Assembly (NCBI GenBank): GCA_043806035.1
Contig: JAZDHK010000006.1
Span: 1 to 16,092, forward strand
Direction: 5' to 3'
Origin: an archaeon
Lineage (GTDB): Archaea > Nanobdellota > Nanobdellia > Woesearchaeales > UBA9642
Length of the DNA: 16,092 nt
Positions 1-7,937 of the stretch are shown here, in pieces (positions within the stretch are counted from its first letter, which is position 1; every line of letters starts with the position of its first letter). Both the position numbers and the translations under genes were made by a program. Below the pieces are notes generated by a model. That model saw only the letters and a program-made list of their open reading frames with translations, was not told the DNA's origin and made no database searches.

Positions 1-4
1 TCAT
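1..4 (-). CDS. Start of a further gene running off the left edge (partial)
   Basis: The minus strand reads ...AACAGGTGAAAAAC-ATG-A. This is an AGGTGA Shine-Dalgarno site followed by ATG at 4..2, about 40 nt after the stop of the DUF6638-like gene. Confidence 0.55.
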
Positions 5-44
5 GTTTTTCACCTGTTCTCGTTGTTGTGTATTGTTTTGTACC

Positions 45-1445
45 TCATATATCTCTCTGTCTTGCAGTTCGGTTTTGCCGCAAGACCTTAACTAGGTAGT
101 CTTTCATATTGTTGTCAGCATCCTGGAATGTATTTTCCAAGCTACGCCTATCATAGGTGAGCATGGTTTCGTAATCGTACGGCCAGAGCCTTGTCAAGAG
201 TGCAGGCACGATGCCTTTTGCCTCTGCCATGGTCGGGGTGAGCAGTGCGGCTTTCGCCTCTGCACTCACGTGCTCTATCAGTTTTTCAAACGTGAAGCCT
301 TTCCGCAGGTCAAGCCGTATCTTTGCCAGTTCTGTTGCATGCTCATAGACGTTCTGCGCGTCAATTTTCATCTTGGTAAGCTCTGATGGCCTGGGTCTCT
401 GCAATTTGCTTGCCCGCTCGACGGCGTTTGTCGGATCGATGCCTCTCTTCAAGAGATAGACGTCTTCCAATCGTGAAATCCTCTTTTCGAGGAGTGCAGG
501 ATCATACCGTGCGAAATTGTACGTGAGGAGGAAAGAGACAATGCTTTCCTTGTCCGTGATGGGGAGGTATTGTACTGTGGGTCCGTCTTCTGGCGTGAAC
601 TCGTTCGGCGTGTAGATGACCATGGTCTTCTTGCCTGTTGAGACCGTCTGCCGCTCAATCCGTTCTGCGCTCTTCTTCGGTGCCAGTCTGGCAAGGATGA
701 GTGCCTGCAACAGCGCATCATTGGAAGAGGAGAAACTCGGCCTCCTTATCGGCGCAGTCTCCGTTTGAGTATCATAATTCCTGAAAACGAACAAACCATT
801 GAAGAATCTCGTGCTGAATGTGCTCACGTCTGTCGTGAGCGTGATATCGTGAATGTCGTACTTGCTCACATCACCGACCTGTTCCACTAAGGTATAGATC
901 CTTTTCGGCAACGCCTCATCATTTGCAATCAGCCGTTCCGGTCCTTTCTCTGGATCGTTCAGTTGTGCAAGAAGATCCTTAAGTTCTCTTGCCATGCCTA
1001 TGAATCCTGACGGGGTGTCCAAGTGTAGCTTGACCTTGTTCACAAGCAGTAAGTCTTCCAAACTCGTATACGTGCTCATTCCGTCGTCAAGCTCACCATA
1101 AAGTGAATCGACACGGGTGATGATATCTATACCTTGCATGAACTGCTCGTATAACGCGTCCAGGATCCTGCTGTCGAAGGAAAATTCCTCATGCAGCAAC
1201 GTAGCATCTTTCTGGTTCGGACTGACGACAATGGCGAATCGCTGCGCAGGGCTCGTCTGAAGGTAATTATCTCCCAGTTCCTGTTCTACCTCAGCACTTT
1301 CGCCGCGCTTGTCGATGAAGAACTTTTTCAGTGCAGTAGTCTTGCCCACTGCTTTCTGCAGCGCGGCATTGTACAGGTCAACAAGCACACCATCTACCTT
1401 AACCAGATTATCCTGCACTATGCCTTCGCCAGCGAGGGTTCTCAT
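45..1445 (-). CDS. DUF6638-like conserved hypothetical protein (466 aa)
   Basis: Long ORF with an ATGA overlap with the AAA gene stop. The N-terminal pattern (LVDLYNAAL..TALKKFFID..G.S.EV..ELGD.YL..R.AIVVSP.QK.A.LL) resembles, from memory, DUF6638 proteins encoded after an AAA ATPase in Alphaproteobacteria and Bacteroidota. Confidence 0.75.
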   Translation of the reverse strand: MRTLAGEGIVQDNLVKVDGVLVDLYNAALQKAVGKTTALKKFFIDKRGESAEVEQELGDNYLQTSPAQRFAIVVSPNQKDATLLHEEFSFDSRILDALYEQFMQGIDIITRVDSLYGELDDGMSTYTSLEDLLLVNKVKLHLDTPSGFIGMARELKDLLAQLNDPEKGPERLIANDEALPKRIYTLVEQVGDVSKYDIHDITLTTDVSTFSTRFFNGLFVFRNYDTQTETAPIRRPSFSSSNDALLQALILARLAPKKSAERIERQTVSTGKKTMVIYTPNEFTPEDGPTVQYLPITDKESIVSFLLTYNFARYDPALLEKRISRLEDVYLLKRGIDPTNAVERASKLQRPRPSELTKMKIDAQNVYEHATELAKIRLDLRKGFTFEKLIEHVSAEAKAALLTPTMAEAKGIVPALLTRLWPYDYETMLTYDRRSLENTFQDADNNMKDYLVKVLRQNRTARQRDI

Positions 1446-3424
1446 TGCTTGTCATCTCCCTTTGCGTCCTTTCCACTTTTCATTATGCCGTCAAGGACCA
1501 GCTGCATGCCACCTTGCAAGGATTGCAATTTAAGATATTCACTGTCTGCCCCTTTCTCGACCTGCCCCTCGAAGTAGCGCAAGCGTCCTTCCACTTGATG
1601 CGCAAGGGCCTTCTCTTCAGCCTCGACTGCTTCAGCCTTATCATTCGCTGTATATCTTTCTTCGGAGTCCGCATACCTTTGCGCTTCCTGCCAGAGCATA
1701 TCCGGCGTTATAGGGACATAGAGCTTGCCCACCATTGCCAGTTTCTCCGCATATGGTTTGTCGAAATATGCCTTCCTGTCCTTGAGCCATTCTTCAGGCA
1801 CGTCGAAGTCCGCAGCCCTCTCCTTAATCGCTTCCGTGATTGCTTTCATGGATCGTCCGGTGATGCTGGGGTTTTTTGCTTTCAAGTCTGCCATGAACTT
1901 ACCGAAGTCAAGAATGCTTGACTTCCCGTATTTTCTGAATTCGTCAGCCATGTAGTCCTGGACGTTCTTCTGGGACCAGTGGCCTGATTCGTCCTGCACG
2001 TCTTGCGTGGCAAAAGGCACGGCTCCGTTTTCCATCTTGAGCAGTCCTCGATTCATGAGCCTGCCCATGGTGAGGTGTATCATATCTGCGAAGTCCTCTG
2101 CAGTCTTAGGACCATCAATTAATGCCCTGTACTGGAATCTGTTTCTCATGGCTTCGTCGAGTCCTGTCGGTTTGTTTGATGCGGCAAAGTTGATGACGTT
2201 TCCCAGTCTCATCGTGAATGCGCCGTCCAAGTACTGCATGAGTATGTTGTTGATGTCGTTGTCAGCACCCTGTGCCTCTTTTCTTGTTGATGTCAAGAGG
2301 TCGATATCGTCAAGGATGCCTATAACCAAGGCAGTCGGGTCCTTTGCAACGTTGAGCCTTTCAAGGAGTATCTTGCCCGATTTGCCGTAATACTCATCCT
2401 TGATGGATTGGTCGACGGTGAAAATCTGATAGGGAACATCTAATGCTGTCGCGTACTCTCGTAGGAGGGTCATGGCCATCCTAAACATCGATGTCTTTCC
2501 CGTTCCTGGAGGCCCGTCGAAAAGCACTGACCAGTACAGGCCGCCTATATCCATGACGGGGTTCTTCTTCTCATTGAAATCGTACAGGAACAGCCGTTGG
2601 ACGTTCCTCTTGATGACGCGCTTCGCGCTCTGATTGCCCACAATTTCATTTTCGGTGATGGGCACAAACGTGAGCTGGCTTGCTGACGTCTTCACGATAG
2701 GCATGCTCTTGTTCTCGTATCCTTCAAGAGCGATGACTTCCTTTTCTTCCTTGCCCTTGCCGGAAAGGACTCTGAAGCGATGTCCTTCGAGATGTTCATT
2801 CATGTCCGTGAATGTGTCCTTCCGGTCTCTTGTCTGGTTCGCCCAGTGCTCAAAAAGTTCGAGAGCATACAGTGGGAAGTCGTATTGTGTCTTGAAGACT
2901 TGTTTCCCACCTGACACATGCTTGTTTAGTATTGCGAACAAAGGCGCGACAAGCTGATTACGCACGGTCAATTCTGGTTTTGTGGTATCGATTGCAAACC
3001 CTTTGAAGTCGGGCTTGTCCTTGATCGCGCTAAGGTCGATGTGACCATTAAGTAGGTCTTCGAGCTTTCGTTGCACGAAGGATGAGGCGACAAACGTCGC
3101 ATAATTGTACACAAAATCTTTTGTGTGCACCAGTACAGGATCCGTGCCTGTGCTGTTTACAAGCTTATCACCGAGCTCGACTTTTTTTCCGATATCATCA
3201 GCAATTGCCTTGAAGACTTGTAATCCTTGGCGTATGGTGATGTACGCTTCTGTCTCGAGCGGGTTCATGATGCATGGTTCGTCCTCATCAAGCTGGTTCA
3301 TCAGATCAGTGAGATCGAGTTTGAGCTGGCCGAGCGTGAAGGACTGTAGTCTGCTCTCTACTTCTTGCTGGTATGTCTTTAATCGTTCAGGTGTTATGTC
3401 TACTGGTGCTTTTGCGTTAACCAA
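1442..3424 (-). CDS. AAA+ ATPase (classical AAA clade) with long N-terminal domain (660 aa)
   Basis: Walker A GPPGTGKT, pore loop EYYGKS, Walker B IGILDDID, sensor-1 AASN and SRH LDEAMRNRF. TTG start preceded by GAGGGG, with an 8-nt overlap with the upstream gene. Confidence 0.93.
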   Translation of the reverse strand: MVNAKAPVDITPERLKTYQQEVESRLQSFTLGQLKLDLTDLMNQLDEDEPCIMNPLETEAYITIRQGLQVFKAIADDIGKKVELGDKLVNSTGTDPVLVHTKDFVYNYATFVASSFVQRKLEDLLNGHIDLSAIKDKPDFKGFAIDTTKPELTVRNQLVAPLFAILNKHVSGGKQVFKTQYDFPLYALELFEHWANQTRDRKDTFTDMNEHLEGHRFRVLSGKGKEEKEVIALEGYENKSMPIVKTSASQLTFVPITENEIVGNQSAKRVIKRNVQRLFLYDFNEKKNPVMDIGGLYWSVLFDGPPGTGKTSMFRMAMTLLREYATALDVPYQIFTVDQSIKDEYYGKSGKILLERLNVAKDPTALVIGILDDIDLLTSTRKEAQGADNDINNILMQYLDGAFTMRLGNVINFAASNKPTGLDEAMRNRFQYRALIDGPKTAEDFADMIHLTMGRLMNRGLLKMENGAVPFATQDVQDESGHWSQKNVQDYMADEFRKYGKSSILDFGKFMADLKAKNPSITGRSMKAITEAIKERAADFDVPEEWLKDRKAYFDKPYAEKLAMVGKLYVPITPDMLWQEAQRYADSEERYTANDKAEAVEAEEKALAHQVEGRLRYFEGQVEKGADSEYLKLQSLQGGMQLVLDGIMKSGKDAKGDDKQ

Positions 3425-4541
3425 GGATATCCCCTCTTGTATCTATTCCGTATATCATCGCCTTGCCCAGATCCAGTTTGTGGTTATGCACTTCTGGAAT
3501 GAGGACGTGAGGCATGAGCATGTAACGTGGTGAGGCGACGACGTCCGAGAAGACGCCGATGTGCCTATCGCCTGATTTCCAGGCATCCCATTTTTTGCCT
3601 ATTCCTGTTACTTCCTGCTCCTCAATGCACGTAACGAACATGCGTTGGTAGCAGAGGATGGCATGATCCTTATCTTGGATGAGTGCGGCTATCGCTTCGT
3701 TATTGTTCGTGAATTTCGTGAAGAACGGCCCAAGATCATATCGTTCTACCGCGCGTACCTGGACTCCTTCGATGGCATCGACAGCTTCTGCGAGTTCCTG
3801 CAATTCGAGGCCGACCATGCCTTCCAATGTTTTGGCCACGGTCTGTGCAAGCTCTGCCTGCCATTCCTTTTTTCGTATGCTCTTTTCTGGCACATCGAGA
3901 TAGAGTGTATAAAAGTGAGGTATGTTGTTGTAAGGGTCAAGCACCTCTACATTCTGGATGAGCTTGAATTTTTCTCCTGCTCGTTTGACTACTTCAAGCT
4001 CGTGCAGCCGTCTCGTGACAGGAATGTCCAATGCTGCTAGGCGTTCCAGATAGAGTCGTTTGTGCATGGCGAGCATCATGTCTGATGGGTAGAGCTTTCT
4101 CCGTAAGAGATAGTCTGCCCGCTCGACGATTTGCTTTGCAGAAGGCAATGCTGCAAGCTGTTGCTGCACTGTTGCCTTGTCCTGCTCGAGCACGTACATG
4201 TCGCGCATGATGACCGGATAGCCTGATTCAGACGGATCTATAGCGCAGTCTTGTTTGATGTCGCCGTTGATCGATTTTGCTTCTATGATATTTCGGAGCA
4301 GGACGAGATCGAGGCTTGATCTTAGACGAGCCATGTATTGCAGCAATGCTTGATTGTTACCGCCGACTTCTACGGGCAGTTTTTTAGAGATAAGATCCAC
4401 CATGGATCCGAGCATGTCCTTTAGCTTTGTCAGGTGCGTCACTGCATCCTGGTCAGATAGTTGTTTCAAGTCGTTTTGGATGGTGAAATTTAGAGTGGAC
4501 ATTCCCTGTAATGAATCATTGCCGGAAAGCGTGTCTGTCAT
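3417..4541 (-). CDS. Conserved hypothetical protein of the AAA/DUF6638 module (374 aa)
   Basis: GGTGA SD just before the ATG. The ID..ESGYP..D...L..LP..P....R.Y.E.L pattern resembles, from memory, the gene preceding the AAA ATPase in the bacterial DUF6638 operon. Confidence 0.8.
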   Translation of the reverse strand: MTDTLSGNDSLQGMSTLNFTIQNDLKQLSDQDAVTHLTKLKDMLGSMVDLISKKLPVEVGGNNQALLQYMARLRSSLDLVLLRNIIEAKSINGDIKQDCAIDPSESGYPVIMRDMYVLEQDKATVQQQLAALPSAKQIVERADYLLRRKLYPSDMMLAMHKRLYLERLAALDIPVTRRLHELEVVKRAGEKFKLIQNVEVLDPYNNIPHFYTLYLDVPEKSIRKKEWQAELAQTVAKTLEGMVGLELQELAEAVDAIEGVQVRAVERYDLGPFFTKFTNNNEAIAALIQDKDHAILCYQRMFVTCIEEQEVTGIGKKWDAWKSGDRHIGVFSDVVASPRYMLMPHVLIPEVHNHKLDLGKAMIYGIDTRGDILG

Positions 4542-4555
4542 GGTCTCACCGTATG

Positions 4556-4579
4556 AATAAAAAAAGATAATAAAAAAAA
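4556..4579 (-). terminator. Oligo-T tract, likely archaeal intrinsic terminator or attenuator inside the module
   Basis: The minus strand has two T runs (TTTTTTTT ATTATC TTTTTTT) immediately after the TAA of the coiled-coil gene. Confidence 0.55.
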
Positions 4580-5722
4580 TTAGATGCCGTCGCCACTCGA
4601 ACTGTTTGCGTATCGCTCAGCAAGCGTCCTCTGCGAGTTCTCAATGACCTTGCCATAGCGAACGTCGAAGTCATGGACTTCTTCCTTGAGCTTGTCAATG
4701 AGGGTCTTGACGACTTCAGCTGCAACAGTTTCTTTTTCGGTCTCGCTAGTGATTCTGTCCTTGATGACCTGTGCCATCTGGCTACCAATTCTGAGCGATT
4801 CCTGCGTTGCATAATTGAAGCTCTGGTTCGTGTCAACAGTTGCTTCTGCGATCTCCATGAGCTTCTTTGCCTTCGCACCTGCGAGCAGGATCTGCGTGCC
4901 GTCCTCAACCTTTTCCCTAATTTGGTTGGCTGCGATACCGAAGTTCCTGATGACCAACGAATAGTTGTCTCGTTGCACTTTGTTCGGCTCCATGAGTTCG
5001 CCGGCAATCTTGTAGATCATGGATACTTCGTCATATGCTGACTGGGTAGGCACGATCTTGCCGTGCTTGAGGTCCTTCAGTTCAGTCTCCAGCTTGACTC
5101 TGGTTGCAGGGTCTGCAGTCTCGAGCTGCTCTTCTAATGCTTTGTATTGTGCTTCGAGCGCATCGAGCTTCTCTTTCAGTTCTGCTTGCTTGGGCTGGCT
5201 CAATTCCAGCTTCTTTGCGAGCAGTTCAACTGTGCTTGCAAGTCCTTCATACTGCTTTATTGCTACTGCTCTGACTTGCAGCAGTTCACTGACGACTGCT
5301 GTTGCATATTTAATAATGGTTCTGAGATTCTGTTCAGGAGTCTGCGTCTTAAGACGTTCGTTTCTCCATTGCTTTGCTTTTGAAGGCCAAAACCACTTGA
5401 CGAGTTTTTCCGAGCCTTCGTATTGGCCGACTTTGCCCATGAATTCAGTGTACTGGTTGAGTTTCTCTGCCAGTCCTGACGTGAGCGTTCCGATATTGTC
5501 CTGGAATGCCTGGAATGCCTGGAAGCCTTCCTTCATGGTGTTAAGCTTTGCTAGCTGCGTTTCTTTCTGCTGCCTCAAATCGACGGTGCCGCCTGCCAAT
5601 GCTTGCTCCAGTCCCCTCATGCTTTCCATCATGTCGCTGGAACTGAGTTTCGTCTTTAGGCCACGAAGGTCTTGTAACGTTTTCAGGTCTTCATCGCCAT
5701 ATACTTGTTTTGTTTCTACCAT
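4580..5722 (-). CDS. Long coiled-coil protein, first gene of the AAA/DUF6638 module (about 380 aa)
   Basis: Heptad-rich helical sequence (ELKEKLDALEAQYKALEEQLE; RVKLETELKDLK) with a short amphipathic WFWP segment. The start is moved to ATG 5722 (MVETKQ) because AGGAGAGGG lies upstream; the ORF-track start is 5743. Confidence 0.85.
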   Translation of the reverse strand: MVETKQVYGDEDLKTLQDLRGLKTKLSSSDMMESMRGLEQALAGGTVDLRQQKETQLAKLNTMKEGFQAFQAFQDNIGTLTSGLAEKLNQYTEFMGKVGQYEGSEKLVKWFWPSKAKQWRNERLKTQTPEQNLRTIIKYATAVVSELLQVRAVAIKQYEGLASTVELLAKKLELSQPKQAELKEKLDALEAQYKALEEQLETADPATRVKLETELKDLKHGKIVPTQSAYDEVSMIYKIAGELMEPNKVQRDNYSLVIRNFGIAANQIREKVEDGTQILLAGAKAKKLMEIAEATVDTNQSFNYATQESLRIGSQMAQVIKDRITSETEKETVAAEVVKTLIDKLKEEVHDFDVRYGKVIENSQRTLAERYANSSSGDGI

Positions 5723-5808
5723 TCTTGATCCCTCTCCTTTCATCCTTTTTGTTTATGTTCCTCGTAACTCACCAATATTATTACTAAGCAGTGAGGAATG
5801 TGCTTTCC

Positions 5809-5823
5809 TTTTTAAATCTTTGC
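5809..5823 (-). promoter_or_regulatory. BRE + TATA promoter for the coiled-coil/AAA module
   Basis: The minus strand reads GCAAAGA-TTTAAAAA. Confidence 0.6.
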
Positions 5824-5955
5824 TTTTTTCCATTGTTTTTAACCATTAGTTGGTAGTAACTTTCTACTGTTTCTTTATGGAGTAAAGTCGTGCTTGCTTA
5901 TCAGTGTATCCGTCAGAAACTGCCCCTTTGCCTAAACAGTACAGAGAACAATTGC

Positions 5956-5984
5956 AAAAAAAACGTAAGAAAAAAAGAAAAAAA
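5956..5984 (-). terminator. Oligo-T terminator after the 250-aa gene
   Basis: Three T runs follow the TGA directly on the minus strand. Confidence 0.65.
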
Positions 5985-6737
5985 TCAGGCCCTGAAACCG
6001 AGCAGGTACGTCTCGACGAGCTTTCGCTTGCTTCCGTCGACGTCGTTCTTGAAATTGTACTGCTGGTCAAGCTCCATGCCATTCTGCGCAGCAGACTTTT
6101 TGAGATCTGCAAGCACATCAGAACGCGCACTTGCGCTTGTTGGCAGACGTTCCTCTGCATACTTGTAGAACTTCAAGACCGTCTCGAGATGAGGCTTAAA
6201 GAGGACCCTCTTGCCGTCGCCGATGCCCGCATACTTCGTCTCGAGCTCTTCAGCAGTCGGCCAGTACTTCCTGAACTTAGTCTCTGCGACGTTCTTTGTC
6301 ATGGTGCCAAGCCGCGAGAGCAGGCTGACACCTTCCTGGCCGTACTTCTTCGCAGCTTCCCCCTTGTCCTGCAAAACCTGCTTCACTTTGTCAGCATCAT
6401 ACCTGCCATTTGTCGTCAATGAGTCGATAGCAGATTGGTAGCTCTCCCTGATTGCAGCAAGTGCATCATTAAGATAGCCTCTTCCTGTCTGCAGGTAGCC
6501 ACCTTTCTCTTGGACGCTTGCATGTATATCCCGTACTGTTTTTACACCGTTATCGACAACATCTGCGATGTCGCCAATAACACCCTCTCTCGTCTCGAGC
6601 TGGTGCTCGATGTCATTGGCAGTCTTCTTCACTTTGCGCCTAACGCCTCGTGCTACATTGACAAATCCTTCAACAATGCTCTGAAGTCCTTGACGTATTT
6701 CACCCTTCTCAGCGGGCATATTCTTTTCATCAGTCAT
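5985..6737 (-). CDS. Hypothetical amphipathic alpha-helical protein (250 aa)
   Basis: ATG at 6737 is preceded by GGGAGGAG. The sequence is helical with no catalytic motif, and the gene is followed by an oligo-T tract. Confidence 0.8.
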   Translation of the reverse strand: MTDEKNMPAEKGEIRQGLQSIVEGFVNVARGVRRKVKKTANDIEHQLETREGVIGDIADVVDNGVKTVRDIHASVQEKGGYLQTGRGYLNDALAAIRESYQSAIDSLTTNGRYDADKVKQVLQDKGEAAKKYGQEGVSLLSRLGTMTKNVAETKFRKYWPTAEELETKYAGIGDGKRVLFKPHLETVLKFYKYAEERLPTSASARSDVLADLKKSAAQNGMELDQQYNFKNDVDGSKRKLVETYLLGFRA

Positions 6738-6777
6738 AGTCTCTCCTCCCACCCTTGCTAGGGGGAATTCGTTTTAC

Positions 6778-6792
6778 TATTTAATTGTAACG
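6778..6792 (-). promoter_or_regulatory. Possible TATA box for the 250-aa gene
   Basis: The minus strand reads CGTTACA-ATTAAATA about 40 nt upstream of the ATG; the BRE match is weak. Confidence 0.35.
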
Positions 6793-6834
6793 ATAATCAT
6801 CTCTAATAATATATTGTTGGAAAAGTGCGTTTTT

Positions 6835-6851
6835 GCCGAAAGGTATAAATA
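6835..6851 (+). promoter_or_regulatory. BRE + TATA promoter of the first Lrp gene
   Basis: GCCGAAAGG-TATAAATA is a close match to the archaeal consensus. Confidence 0.75.
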
Positions 6852-6924
6852 GAAGGCGGACACTGTCCTTGGTTATAGGCAGCACCAGAGCAAGACAAGG
6901 GTGTTGCCGGTGCGAGGAGATATC

Positions 6925-7932
6925 ATGGCAGGCCGTATCGACTATGAAAGCATGGAAGAGAACATCAAGATCGACGTCAAGGACAAGCGGATTCTCAGCT
7001 TGCTCGCCGAAAATGCACGAACCCCGCTTACTGCCATCGCAAAGAAAGTCCAGCTGAGCAGGGATGCTGTCGACTATCGGATCAAGCGGCTGCAGAAGGA
7101 CGGTGTCATCCAGCGCTTCTTCGCATCGGTCAATTATGAGAAGCTCGGCTACTACGTCTTCCATGTCTTTTACTTGCTCGATGAGGTGAACAAGGAACAG
7201 TACAGACAGCTCATGGAGCATCTCAAGAAGCACCCGAACATCATCAGCATCATCGAATACAATGACCGTTGGGACATCCACGTGGAGATGATTGCCAGGA
7301 ACCTCATCGAATTCGACATCATCCTCTCCGAGATCGCCTCGAAATACCCGGATACGATCGTCGAGAAGGACAAGGCAGAAATCATCAGGAGCTACAGCAA
7401 CAATTTCGTGCCGCCGCTCATCGCCGGGCAGGAGAGCATCAAGATCGTACAGAAGCAGCCCGTACCCGTGAAGGTCGACGATACCGACCTCAAATTATTG
7501 CGGCTGCTCTGCGAGGATTGCAGGGCCTCGACGTATCAGCTGGCACAGCAGCTGCACATCAGCCCCGATACCGTCGGGTATAGGATTCAGAACCTGCTCA
7601 AGGAGGAGGTCATCACCAAGTTCACCATCCAGGTGAATTATTCGAAGATGAAGTACATCCTGTACACGTTCAGCATCGGCATGAAGATGTTCGACCTCGC
7701 CAACGAGCAGAAGTTCAAGAGCTTCCTCGACAAAAACCTCAACATCCTCAAGAGCACCAAGACGCTCGGCGGGTGGGACTTGCTGCTCTACATCGTGGTA
7801 CAGCACCCCCGCGAATATCATGCACTGGTGAAAGACATGAAAGCGACGTTCACAAACATCATCAGGAGCTACCAGACGTGGATCGCGTACAAGGAATACA
7901 TCTACGAGCCGCTGCCCGCAGTGATCAAGTGA
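6925..7932 (+). CDS. Lrp/AsnC family transcriptional regulator, tandem duplicated (HTH-RAM-HTH-RAM, 335 aa)
   Basis: Two Lrp HTH signatures: DVKDKRILSLLAENARTPLTAIAKKVQLSRDAVDYRIKRLQKDGVI and DDTDLKLLRLLCEDCRASTYQLAQQLHISPDTVGYRIQNLLKEEVI. Each is followed by a RAM domain (DRWD, GGWD). GAGGAG SD before ATG 6925. Confidence 0.95.
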   Translation: MAGRIDYESMEENIKIDVKDKRILSLLAENARTPLTAIAKKVQLSRDAVDYRIKRLQKDGVIQRFFASVNYEKLGYYVFHVFYLLDEVNKEQYRQLMEHLKKHPNIISIIEYNDRWDIHVEMIARNLIEFDIILSEIASKYPDTIVEKDKAEIIRSYSNNFVPPLIAGQESIKIVQKQPVPVKVDDTDLKLLRLLCEDCRASTYQLAQQLHISPDTVGYRIQNLLKEEVITKFTIQVNYSKMKYILYTFSIGMKMFDLANEQKFKSFLDKNLNILKSTKTLGGWDLLLYIVVQHPREYHALVKDMKATFTNIIRSYQTWIAYKEYIYEPLPAVIK

Positions 7933-7937
7933 GCAGG

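Noticed and set aside
5019-5849. 276-aa + strand ORF
   Set aside because: Ser-rich antisense shadow of the coiled-coil gene.
5904-6422. 172-aa + strand ORF with a poly-Lys/Arg stretch resembling an NLS
   Set aside because: The basic run is the reverse complement of the oligo-T terminator, and the rest is antisense to the 250-aa gene.
6817-6839. Weak dyad TTGGAAAA-N7-TTTGCCGA next to the Lrp promoter
   Set aside because: Only 6 of 8 arm positions match in AT-rich DNA, which is not distinguishable from chance.
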